From Chiloscyllium plagiosum (Eukaryota), in NCBI RefSeq assembly GCF_004010195.1, contig NC_057753.1:13071446-13135445 (forward strand): a DNA stretch of 64,000 nt, written 5' to 3'. This document shows positions 25,541-37,694 of the stretch, piece by piece. How positions within the stretch are numbered: position 1 is the stretch's first letter; each line of letters starts with the position of its first letter. The notes beneath the pieces were generated by a model that saw only the letters and a program-made list of their open reading frames with translations, made no database searches and was not told where the DNA came from. The position numbers and the translations under genes were made by a program.

Positions 25541-26933
25541 CTAGAAGGACAGTAGAGATAGATATGTGACAGAATGAATCCCAAACACCAGTTAATTACC
25601 CTACCTATTTCGTGACTGACAACCTCAGCTCACCATCTTCGTACATCCTTTTATTACATCATGATTCCTACAATTACAAAGTTGTTGGTTTTTATTCAAC
25701 ATTCAGTCATGAATTAAACATTTGTACTTACGTTCGTCAGTCCAGTCAGACCGAGTGCAAATTCAGTTCTCTTTCCACTGAGTCAAATCGTTGCGAAGCT
25801 CACCAGTTTAATCAAACACAAAATATTTTTGTCTTATCCAAATCTTTGTTAATACTATTTGTTTAATATATTTGTTTCCTGTCTGGCAATGCCGGATTTT
25901 AATAATCCCAAGCTTTGAATTTTCAGTTACAGCCAGAGGTAGGATCACTCCTCACACCGCAAAAGTCTCAATTTATCTACAATTCTGCAATATCGCGTTT
26001 TATACCTATCAATCAGCCTATCAGTGGTTATATGTTTATCTACAGACGTAGTAATCTCTGGAAACCTTCTTTAATGTCGGCCCTCATTGTTTATGTTTCT
26101 CTTTTTTTCTTGAGGTTGTTCATTATAATCTAACTCATTGTTCACGGCTGCACCAGCATGTGTACTTTATTCCTTATTGCTCTCAAAATCATGCCTTGCT
26201 CGGCTATTTCAAACATCAGTTTATCATCAACCAGATTTCTGCCCGCCTGCTGCCACATACGGACAAGAGTCGGTAACAACAGTAACTTTTGTTCTTTCAA
26301 ACTGCATGAGTGAAGATGGTATTTGGTACACACCCCACGAATTACATGGTCATCATTAGATTTTTCTTTTTCTTTAATGCCACATTCTTTTACGAAATGC
26401 AAATATGGTCAAATATCTCCTAATGACAACAACAGATTCCATAACAAATTAAAATCTCTTACGAACACTCATAACTTGCATACAAATCCTGAAACACTTT
26501 CTGACATAATATTGATGACACTACAAATTGGAAACGTATTAGTTTGTAGTCATTATGTCCGTCCTGCAATAAAAAATACTGTGATCGTTGAATGTAGATT
26601 TAATTTGAGCTCGTCTACTACAACAATTGCGATCTAATAATGCACTTTGATTCGTGGTTTACGAACCTAATTTACGAAATTACATAGCAAATGGAATTTC
26701 TAGAAATTGCTCATGAAACATTAGTTAATATCATGCATTGTTGCCAATGAAATTACAATTTCTATGCATGTTTAGCATAAAACTTTGTAACGTACTATAG
26801 GCAGGTGCTGGCTCCTAACATTCAAAGAGCGCTGAAAGTTACAAAATAATGTAGCCCACCACAAAAGGTAATATACAACACATTTGGTGATTTACAGACA
26901 TAAATGATAACTTATCGGTGATTGAAGGCTTAC

Positions 26934-27003
26934 CAAGGGCACCAATCACAGCGAGAAGGGGATAACAAATGGCAAAGAATGGGGCAATGACTGGTTCATG
27001 CAT
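26934..27003 (-). CDS. GPR139-like GPCR, exon 1
   Basis: ATG at 27003; encodes MHEPVIAPFFAICYPLLAVIGAL plus one base, followed by a GTAAGC donor; phase matches exon 2. Confidence 0.9.
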
Positions 27004-27110
27004 CGTCTTTCAGAAGTTAAGGAAGTTCCCGAATCTGTAGTTGCAATTTCTGCGAATTTCAAATCTTGCCTCATTTATTTTGAGCGAGTCTCCAAAGGGA
27101 CGATTCGTGA
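27004..27110 (-). promoter_or_regulatory. Conserved 5' leader/proximal promoter of the GPCR paralogs
   Basis: Alignable with 8214-8320 upstream of the pseudogene (ctcatttattttga..gtctccaaagggacga vs ctcatttacttctg..gtctctagaggaacga); includes a TATA-like AATAAAT about 70 bp upstream of the ATG. Confidence 0.45.
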
Positions 27111-27499
27111 ACAACAAGCACTTTAGCTACAGTTGAATGAACAACCTAATTAACTGAAGTTTCCATGTCATCCATTTGCAACATCGAAAATGTTGATGTC
27201 CTCATTTCACTTTTTGACAAACAACTGAATTGAACTCTGCCATTCCGCGTTGCCATTTACAATTATTTTGGAAGTTCCACTGATTGAATATGCGAAGTCG
27301 TGATTGTATCGATATTGGAAAATTGTGTCTTCCCTCATTGCCATTTCTTAAATATGATGTGAATTTGCTTGCCATATTAGTTTACATTTTATTTTGACTG
27401 TGAAATGTTTTAATGTTTCATGCTGTAATCGAACCAACTCCGCACCAAATTCCATAAACAAGACTGCCACTGTCGGCCCATTGTACCAGCTTGTTCCTG

Positions 27500-28120
27500 C
27501 CCCACTGAACTAATTTTCTCCTACCTTGACTCCATCCTCTCTCGCATGTTTGGACCCTGACTACCTGCATCCATGATTCATTTGATGTCCTTGGCCATTT
27601 TGTCACCTCCTATTTCCCAGTCATAACTGCCTTTTGTTCACCATGTTCGTTTCCTCTACACCTCTATTTCCCCATCAGGATGGACTGAGAGCTTCCAGCT
27701 TCTTAGTGCTCGAGAGGAATAAACAATCCCCATCTTCTTTCTTAACAGTGGTTTCCAGGCTATTGTGTTTAACAGGGCCTTCAAAAGCACACCCCTTGTT
27801 CTCAGTTTTCATCCCATAAGTGTCTGCATTCAACGAATTATTCTCCGTGATTTCAGACAACTGCATCAGAACACCCAAAAAAACTCATCTTTCGTTCAAT
27901 TCCCCCGTCTGCATTTCGCAGGGACACCCGAGACCACTCTTTGACCAATAACACCAACTCCACATCCCATGTAACAGCAAAGGTTGCTACAACTACCCCC
28001 TCACCTCCTCCCTGCTCCGCATGCAAAGGTTGAAGCATGATTTCAACTGTAATTCCTCCAATCTTGTGTATTGTATTCACTGTATCAAGTGTAGCCTACC
28101 CTACATTGGAGAAAGTATAT
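27500..28120 (+). mobile_element. Degenerate Penelope-like element fragment
   Basis: GIY-YIG-like remnant (NLVYCIHCIKCSLPYIGE, about 28060-28112). Confidence 0.65.
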
Positions 28121-28527
28121 AAAGATTTGGTCTGAAGTAAAACGATGGCCAGACTGGGAAAGAGCAGATAATTCTTCCCCTAAAGGACATTACTAAACTA
28201 AATGTGTCTTTTTTATTATTTAATGAACAAAATGCAGTGCTGATTTGGCTATCATTAGACTAAACTTTGTTTATCCCCGATTTCAATTTTTCGCCATTTG
28301 CCATTTTAACCCACCCTGCTGAAATGTTACTAATCCAGTGGCATATCACTACATCAGCATCCTTTGCTAAATTGCACGATATTTTGTGGTGTAATTCAAG
28401 AACTGCACTAAGTATATCAACATGCCTCATTGAATGCATAAAGGCGTAACATTTCCACTGTTCTGCAGTCATTTCATTTCCTGGCACTTCAGTTACACCT
28501 GAAAGTGTCATTTTTAGTCACGGATAT

Positions 28528-28850
28528 CATAGAACCCCTACAGTGTGAAAAGAGGACACTTGGCCCAACAAATCCATAGCGACACTGCGAAGAGTAACCC
28601 ACCCAGGCACATTCCCCTACTCTGTATTTCCCCTGATTAATGCACCTAATCTGCACACCACTGGCCACGATGGTCTAATTCACCTAAACCGAACATCTTT
28701 GGACTGTGGGAGTAAACCGGAGCACCTGGAGGAAACCCACACAGAGACGGGGAGAACGTGAATACTCCACACAGGCAGTAGCCCGATGGTATAATCAAAC
28801 CCAGGTGAAGCAGCAGTGCTAACCATTCTGCAACCGTGTCACTCACCACT
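28528..28850 (-). mobile_element. HE1-like SINE
   Basis: Reverse complement of the SINE at 11690-12035 (ggaggaaacccacacagagacggggagaacgtg..gcagcagtgctaacca). Confidence 0.85.
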
Positions 28851-29399
28851 TAGGCAATGAGTCGCTGTAGTGTGTTTACACTTCTTCTAACTACCCACAT
28901 GTTTCTTGTGATCTCGTGAAAGAATAACTGGATGAATAGTTTGCTGTGAAACTGGTAAGTAATATATTTATCATTACAAACACGATCACAGAATTTTCAT
29001 TTAATACGATTATAAATGACCTTCAGAAAATATTGCCTGCACTACTCCAACCTCCAGTGAGGCAGCAGGTTTGATGCGAACATTGATTTCTTTAAGAGCA
29101 AAGGAATTCTCCTTTTCATCCACATTCTATTTGGTTCAAAGAGTAGTCAACCGACTTCTGCAGTGACAATTGTGGAATAATTTCGGTCCACATCTTGCAA
29201 ACGAATTAGTTCTTCAGCATTATCATAAAGACAGTGCAATAAATTAGCTGTAGTAAATTATGATAATTTAACACAACACTAAGTGAAGCAGGTCGTATCT
29301 TGCTACATTATAAGAGAATTGAGATTCGAACAACGTAAGAATGGCATTCTTGCAACACCATGTATTATAATTCATACTTCATAGAATGAGGGAGTTGTA

Positions 29400-29920
29400 G
29401 AGTCATAGAGTCATAAAGCAAGGAAACAGACCTTTTGACCAGTCTATGCCGAACATAATCTCAAAATAGCCTACTCTCACGTGCCTGCTCCTTGACATTA
29501 TCTCATCAAGCATTTCCTATTCATGTAATAACCAAAAGATTTCCAAACGTTATATTTGTGCCTACATCGAAAACTTCATTTGGAAGTTCACTCCACGCAT
29601 GATTCACCCTCTGTGTGAATGATTTGCCTCATCTATTTTTAAACTGTTCTCCTTTCACCTTAAAAATAGGCCCTCTCATCTTCAAATCGCCCATCCGAGG
29701 GAAAAGACAACTACCATTTACTGTATCTATTTCTTTTATGTTTTAAAAAATAAACTTCTATCTGATCGCCTTTTAAGCTCCTATGCACCACTGAAAAATA
29801 TCCCAACCTATCCAGCCTTTCTTTATGATACAAACCTTCGGTACCCGGCAACATCATGGCCAATATCTTCTGAACCCTCTCCAGCTTGATAGTATTCTAC
29901 ATATAACTGGGGTAAGATCT
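29400..29920 (-). mobile_element. CR1-type LINE 3' fragment
   Basis: agagtcatagagtcata tail with RT-end similarity. Confidence 0.7.
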
Positions 29921-30847
29921 AACTGTACAGGGTCACAAGCCGAAGATTATCTTGTAACGCTTCAAAAAATGATATCCAACGCAAAGATCTGTAATTTACC
30001 ATTGCAAATTGTTACATTTTGGAACAGTCACATGTAGATTTGAGTTGGCTTTGCCATACACACAGACAAGTTCAATGTATGTAAAATGACCAAATATCTG
30101 TGAGGTGACCAAGTGTATGGATTAGGGCAGTATAGTTGATTGATTTCAGCCAAGTATTTGAAGGCCCCACTCGTGAGACTGATATAGAAGGTAAAGGCAT
30201 ATATGATCCTGGGTAGCTAGGTAAGTTGGAGAACGTATTGGTTTAAAGGTAGAAGACTGGTAGTAGAATGTTGTTTGTGTGACTCGACGCCAGGGTTCAG
30301 AGGCAAAAATCAGAGCCAGGATCTGCTGTTGTTTGTAATATATATGCAAACCAACTTGAAGAAAATTTGTAGGGGCATGCGCCGGGGAGCTCGATGGATG
30401 ATGATAAATTTGACCCTTTTAAAAATCCATTCGATGAGAAGTGGAAAATCATAACATTCAAAGCTTTGAGTCGAATGTTAGAAAGTGGGACTCTAGCAGG
30501 TTTCGTGCAGCTTTTGTGTTATGACTTCATGCGCCAACAAACATATTCCATAGTCCAAGATTATTTGATCTTTTCCTCGGCTCTGATACAAATATGTATT
30601 AAGAAATTATGGCAATGAAAATAGAATAACTGATCTCGACCAGAGGGGTCCATTTAGCGACAAGTTGTATTCGATGATCCGTCATCCAAATAGCTTACCC
30701 TGCATTAATAGGGATCAGTTTCCGATCCTAAAAGGGATCAGTCACACCCCACTTCGATTCACTGACAACAATCTCAGAAAAACATCTGAATATCAGAAAT
30801 CGTCAGCACTTATGAAACTCAAGACTTTAACAGCGACATCACAGTTT

Positions 30848-31335
30848 TATAGACAATAGACAATAGAGAATAGGTGCAGGAGTAGGCCATTCTGCCCTTC
30901 GAGCCAACACCGCCATTCATTATGATCATGGCTGATCACCCTCAATCAGTTTTCTGTTCCTGCCTTATTCCCATAACCCTTGATTCCACTCTCCTTAAGA
31001 GTTCTATCCAACTCTTTCTTGAAAGTATCCAGAGACCTGGCCATCACAGCCTTCTGGGGCAGAACATTCCACACACCCAACACTCTCTGGGTGAAGAAGT
31101 TTCTCCTCAACTCTGTTCTAAATGGCCTACCCCTTATTTTTAAACTGTGTCCTCTGGTTCGGGACTCACCTATCAGCGGAAACATGTTTCCTGCCTCCAG
31201 AGTATCCAATCCTTTAATAATTTTACACGTCTCAATCAGATCCCCTCTCAGCCTTCTAAACTCAAGGGTACACAAGCCCAGACGCTCCAATCTTTCAGCG
31301 TAAGATAGTCCCGCCATTCGGGAATTGACCTCGTG
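30848..31335 (-). mobile_element. Young CR1-type LINE 3' fragment
   Basis: Intact ORF 30946-31317 (GLSYAERLERLGLCTLEFRRLRGDLIETCKIIKG..FFTQRVLGVWNVLP); tail (ATAGACA)n. Confidence 0.93.
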
Positions 31336-31478
31336 ACCTCGTAAATGGGACTGTCGAGGTTGCGGTGAGAAGGAGAAGTTTGACTTGTTTAGAGCGATGG
31401 ACTCAGGATGTTCACTGCTTTCTGTGATAATTTGCAGAAGCAGTTTTGGTATCGCGACGGCCGAGCTGCATCACTGTT

Positions 31479-31732
31479 TACTCTATTAAAATAATAGGTG
31501 TCGGTATAATCAACTGTGTCTTGCATTTCCAGCAAAACCGTTATTTCTGCTTCAAACCTCCCTTCTGCGAAGATCCACTCCCTATTTGTTGCCATCGTGG
31601 CTTGTGTGAAAAAATCATCCTTTTGTAAAGAAACAATCCATGACCTATCAGAGAAAACTTTGATGATGGGAGAATGGTACTAATTTCTGGTCACCACTTC
31701 CGGAATCTGTACCACTCACTGACAGAAAGATG
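31479..31732 (-). pseudogene. Degenerate TCR V-segment pseudogene with RSS remnant
   Basis: Acceptor atttctAG, then SFCQ*VVQIPEVVT...FAEGRFEAEITVLLEMQDTVDYTDTYYF, then AACAGTG-21 bp-ACCAAAACT (31478-31442). Confidence 0.65.
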
Positions 31733-31887
31733 CTAGAAATTAAGTAGAGAGATTTTAATGGGGTTTAATGCCGAGGCAAACAGTGGAGCTAAAGCACACA
31801 CAGTTTTTTTTCTTTCAAGTGAATCGGAGAGTTTTTTTTGGTAAAGATAACAATGCCAGGTTGTTTAATCGGTACTCACGAGGTAAC

Positions 31888-31889
<2 letters not shown>

Positions 31890-31922
<33 letters not shown>

Positions 31923-31947
31923 AGAAGAAGAAGAAGAAGAAGAAGAA
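31890..31947. repeat. (GA)n-(GAA)n polypurine microsatellite
   Basis: About 14 GA units followed by about 10 GAA units. Confidence 0.95.
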
Positions 31948-34349
31948 ATATTAGTCTCATCATGCTACTTCCAGCTTCTGGTCGATGGTTCGTACAGACC
32001 AGAAGCTGGAGGCTGCTGTGGGAGACGACTGAAATGCAACAGCAAGCTCGAGTTGATTTGCAGGCGGCACTGTCCTTGAGTTAATATGAAAACCACTTCC
32101 CACATTAGTCTGACGTACAAAGGGTGGCGTTTTGAAGTTATAGTGTGAATACAGACGGCCGCTGTACATGTCCACAGAGGATAAGCTAGGAGGTCAGCCG
32201 TGTGATTTCATTGATGATGTTCTGTGAGTATGAAATGCTGGTCCAGAGCACTGGATCGTCCACATTTTGGAAAGTCTTAGTTGTTCTTCTTTCAGTACTG
32301 ACTCTGAGATATTTACATGCCCTTGAACTGAGAACATGACTTCTGTTCAACCTCTAACCGGGACGTAATCGCCTCACAATTGGTCAATTAGAATCAATCC
32401 AAACTGATAATCATGTTCAAATTTGAGATAGCCTAGAAGCACGATCAAGATCCTGGAACATAATACATATACACAATTTCAACTCTTAATGCTTCGATTG
32501 AACTTACTGGTTTCAAGTAGGAGTTGGCATCTCCAATTAGCACCACTATTTGCAAAATAACATTGTTTAATCTGATTCAGCCATGCCACCAACTACTTCC
32601 AATAACCATTCGTGCTCTTCCAACAGACACGAAAAAAATCACGTGTCAGTCCGAATCTGACTTTAAAAGCATTGAAATCTCTGGAATACCAGTTCTTAAG
32701 AAAATACTCATTGCTGTCTGTGAGATTTTAAATGTTCCTAATATCTGTCTTATTTGATTGATTTCTCATCATTAAACTTGGATTCTGCTTTCTTGGTTGT
32801 CTGACAAGAGGAAACATTCTTTCCAGAGACACCCTGTTAAAAATTTCAAGGTCTAATCTGTGTCGGTGAAGTGGCTTCAGGATTTTTTTCCTGTCCATTC
32901 TGTCTTTATGGGCAACCCGATCTCTTGGGCATGAGTTTCCTAAAATTTCTCTGAACGACTTCCAACGCACTTGCATCCTTCTGTTAAGAATGACATCAAT
33001 ATGTTACGCCAAACTCGGGATGTGGTCTCAGTAAGATCCTAACTAATCCAACGATCGCTGCATTAAATTATGTTGATAGTGGAAGAGGGGAAACTGTTCC
33101 CACTCGTAAAGATTCATGAACCAGAGATAACAGATTTAAAATGTCTTGCAAAATACACAAGTGTGAGGACAGAAACACGGGTGCCCGAGTTTGGACTTCA
33201 CTGCTCAGAATTTTGTTGCACTTAGGTATGCCTAAGACATTGGAAAGTGTATTGGGTGACATGAAAGAGAGTCAACGTATAGGATTATGAGAAAAGGAGG
33301 GAAATTGGCACTCAGTCAAAATTCCCACAACATTGGCCTTGCTGAATTGCCCAAAGCGTTCGTGGATGTGTAGGTTAGGTGCATTGCTCAGGATAAATGG
33401 AGAGTACTAAGGTAGAGGAATGGGTCTGGGTGGGTTACTCTTCAGAGTGTCGGTTTGGACGTGTTGGGCTGAAGATTGCTTCCGCACTGCGGAGTTTCTA
33501 TGATAATTATTAGTTTGCAAACTTCTTGAGATATTATATCAGGTCCATTGTGCTATTAAAACAGGATTCAGTGATGACATTAATCGATAATGCGAATTCT
33601 GGAGTAATGTTATAGTTATAGTATATAGAATTCCAAAAGGATGGCCTACCCCCATTATTAGGTGTTAAGAATTAACTGTGGTAACTCATTTTGGAGTTGA
33701 GTACAATTGAAAAATAATGTTTAATTACTCTGCATTTTGTTATCTGCTGCTAGGTTTACTGCATGTAAATTTTATGCTGGATAGATGCATTTTTTTTCAT
33801 TCACGGAATTTGGCATATGCTAACAACATTTATTGACCAGCAGTACGTTTTTATTTAAGTAGATGGTTTTGCGTATTTTATATTACTATATGAAAAATAA
33901 CTGCAGTGGTCTGCATCACTGGGCGGGGGACTAACAAATTTTGATACTGGAAGATAAAATTTGGAAGTGGGAATAATAAGGAAACATCAAAATAAATACT
34001 TATGTTGTGTGGAGCATTGTAAGGAAGAAAGGAGTAAAGAACATCTAAGGATGGAATTGCAGAGCTCAGGTTACGATGTTACTGTAAAACGATAGTTGAT
34101 GAAGATCCTTATATCAGAGAGAGAGTGTAGATCTGGAAGTACGCTGAGTTGCAAATTCGGAGAGAAAAGCAAGGACGAATTCCATTCAATCCACAATCCC
34201 ACAATCTTCCAAACTGCTGACTTGAGGAAACTGAAAGAAATAAAGGTCAATTAAACTGTTTTTCTCAAAGATCCATTATACACTCATAGCTGTGTGGTAG
34301 GATAGTTCAGAATACACTTATTATCAGAAAGAGCATATTCCATAACATT

Positions 34350-34910
34350 GGGGAGGGGATTTCGCGGCTCACAGGACTTTGGTTTGCATGTGCAATTCGG
34401 GTCAGTGCGCTCTGGAAAGGATTTGAACCAATTGGAGGGGTTGAGGAGGAGATTCACAAGGATGTTGACTCGGATGGAATACTTCAGTTATTCTGAGGGG
34501 TTGGGGAAGTTCAGGCGGTTTTCTTTGAAACAGAGAAGGTTGAGGATGGTCTTTGTCGATGTGTCTGGGATTATGACAGGCAGGGAGAGAGCGGATTGAA
34601 AACAACTGTTCACCTCAATTGAATAGTCGTGAACATGGGGTTATAATTATAAGTTGAAAGACAAGAGGTTTACAGGGAAGGTGAGGAAAACATTTTTTAA
34701 TCCAAAGGGTGACAGAGATATGGAATTCACTTCCAGGAAGGCTAGTTCAGTTGGGTAATCTCACAAATGTAAAGCGAAAATGTTTGTATTTAAACCTGAA
34801 CAACATTCAAAATATGCACCTGGTGCCACGAAGTGGGAGTTGTACTCATTTAGTATATTTTAGGTCATACACATTAGATGGGCTGAAGGGCCTGATTGAA
34901 CATCTATGAT
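34350..34910 (+). mobile_element. CR1-type LINE 3' fragment
   Basis: LEGLRRRFTRML..SYSEGL..FSLKQRRLR and IWNSLP motifs. Confidence 0.8.
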
Positions 34911-35211
34911 GTTATGAAGCATGACATCAAGAAACAAATAAAGATACTGGATGTTGCAAGACTTTTGGTTCCAGTAATATTCGGATGGTAGCAACGACAA
35001 ATCTGAAAGATCAGCTTCATGTGGAACAATGTTCCAACGCAGCCACAACACTTGGTCTGATTTATCAGATAACGTGTAAAAACCTCTGATTTGTCCGCCA
35101 CACAAAAATAACACATTCAATGTAACAAGTTAACACCACCTCTGTCCACACACCACCAGCGAAGTAATAGAAGAGATTGTTTGCAATTCAGTAAACTATT
35201 ACCTGCAAGGT

Positions 35212-35910
35212 AATATAAAGACTTCCCACGGTTCATCTTGGAGATAGTGCACACCACTGCATTTGTACATTGGCATTCCATACCTCATAATATTTGAAAT
35301 CAGATGTTCGCTGATGATTGCATAATGTTAAACACGATTCACAACTACTCAGGCGCAGAAGCAACGATGTACTGATTGGTTCGACTGGTGGCCGTAGGTT
35401 CTGACTTCAACATTGCATTGGTCCAAGCGTAGACCAATGATGTAAAACAGGGTTATTTTGGAAGAGACTGCTTTTCATAACAAGGCAGGTTTCAATTGAG
35501 ATTTGCATGAACAATCCGAAACACATCAGGAATCAATATGTCTCAAGGCAAATTCTCTGTTGGTTTGAGTCAGAACTGGCTCAAATGAGCACACTTAAAA
35601 TTGTTCGAGCTTAAGCTCCTCAAGGCATAGCTGGAGTTGGTTCTGAACGTAGTAGCCTTTGTTTAACTATCTTCAGCTGCTCCATCATTGACATTCCATA
35701 CATCTCCAACCTTTGCAGTCGTAGGTAGTAGAGTTCACTGGATTGGAAACTCCTGTTGGGGAAAATATAAAGACTTTCCACGGTTCATCTTGGAGATAGT
35801 GCACACCACTGCATTTGTACATTGACAATCCATAACTCATAATATTTGAAATCGAAGTTCGCTGATGATTGCATAATGTTCAACACCATTCCCAACTACT
35901 CGGGTACAGA
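35212..35910. repeat. ~145-bp imperfect direct repeat (35212-35360 / 35763-35910)
   Basis: Both copies contain ccacggttcatcttggagatagtgcacaccactgcatttgtacattg...gttcgctgatgattgcataatgtt; the 3' part is a LINE RT FADDC fragment. Confidence 0.9.
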
Positions 35911-37694
35911 ATCAATGTAGCAAGACCTGAACAATATTCAGACATTTGCTGGAAAGTGCTCACTGATATTTATGCCGCACAAGTGCACACAATGATCATT
36001 TCGAAGAGGAGAAAATATAAACATAACATTCAATCTTCAAGTTTTACCAATTTCAAAATCCTCATATCAAATCCTGGAAAATAATATTGACTAGGCACAT
36101 AGTTTGTCTTGTATAATATGGTCACTGAGCATATCTCAAGCTCGAAATTCTTTGAAGGATAATGCATCACCTTTCTCACGCCCAGGGCGCCTTGAGTCAG
36201 GAGTGGGATAAAACGCGATCCAATTGTCTACACAAGTTTATCTCCAGGAATACTTCAGAAGACAAATACAATCCAAGCGAAAGAAGACCACTTCGTAGGC
36301 GTCGAATCTGCCATCATCAACGTTTGAGTCCCTTCGCCACTGATGTACAAATGCAGTGGTGTGCACAATCTCCAAGATGAACTGTGGAAAGTCTTTATAT
36401 TTCCCCCACCAAGAGTTTCCGATCCAGCAAACTCTACTACCTACGACTGCAAAGGTTGCAGATGTTTGGAAATTTCACCACCGACAAATTCCTCTCCACG
36501 TTACACACTATCCAGACATAAAACTACGTTATGCACTTTCGCTGACAAAAGTTCAGAAACTATTGTGCTTCCCTCAGCCATCTGACAGAACAGGGTCTGT
36601 CGGAACATCACATCTCGGGAAAACATGAAAGAGAGGGTGCAGCAATCTCACGTATTTCTAGAAATGGGAGAGAATCAGTCCTGCGGTTGCCGCCATTTCC
36701 CAATAGCACGCTGAATTTGAAACCAAGTTAAAGAGAAATGTCACGAGAAAGTTGCAAGTTCATTGGAGAAAGAGCAGAGGACTGGGAGACAAGAGGGCGG
36801 CAGCACAAGTTTCACATTTTCCGAGGAGACAACTAATAGAATATATAACAGAAAGGTAGTGAAGCTGGTGTATTTGTATTTTAAGAAAACTTAAGATATA
36901 AAGACACCTAAGCTATTCGTATTCAGGGTTAGAATGTAAGATCGGCGATAATATACTGGAAAGGTTTGAGAATTGGTAGCAGACAAGAAACAACTTGTGC
37001 TTGCAATGGAAGGCTGGGATGAGTCAGTTGTCACAAGGGTCAGCACTTGAGCGCGATTACCCTTCATTCTTAAAAGAACACACTGATCTGGACTCATTAA
37101 ATATTTTTTAGAAGTTCTCCCACTTTCCAAATGTAGACTTACCTGCATGTAGCTGCTTCCAGTCTATGTTTGTCAGATCCTGTCTCTTGATATGGGCCTT
37201 GGCTTTCCTACAATTTCCTTGCTTAACTTCTGCACTAATATTATGCCTTTTCACAATGACTTTAAATATTTCAGTGTTGTGCACACTGCCCCCATAAATA
37301 TTGCACACTAGCACCTTAATGACTTGGTAGCGTTGCCCCTCATCTGAGTACGAACAACAGCCTTTTAAATTTTAGATAGATTACAAAACAACGTGAGAAT
37401 AAAAGATTTCCACATGATTTTGGCATGCTTTACTTTCCTCTTTCTTTGACCACCACAGTATATACGGGAAGTGGCTTTAGAAATCACACCCTAGGATTAT
37501 CTCACATTTCCACTTGGTATTCATATTCTTCTTGATACATTACGTTAGTTTCTCCTGTTTTATTAGTTGTTGTTACAAATTTTATTATCAGAAATCATTC
37601 GTTCAAAGAATAGATTCCTTTTAGGGATAATGTTTCTTTCCATAGAAGTGTAATTCATTCATAATGTTTGTAAAAGTGCGATACAACCATTTAG

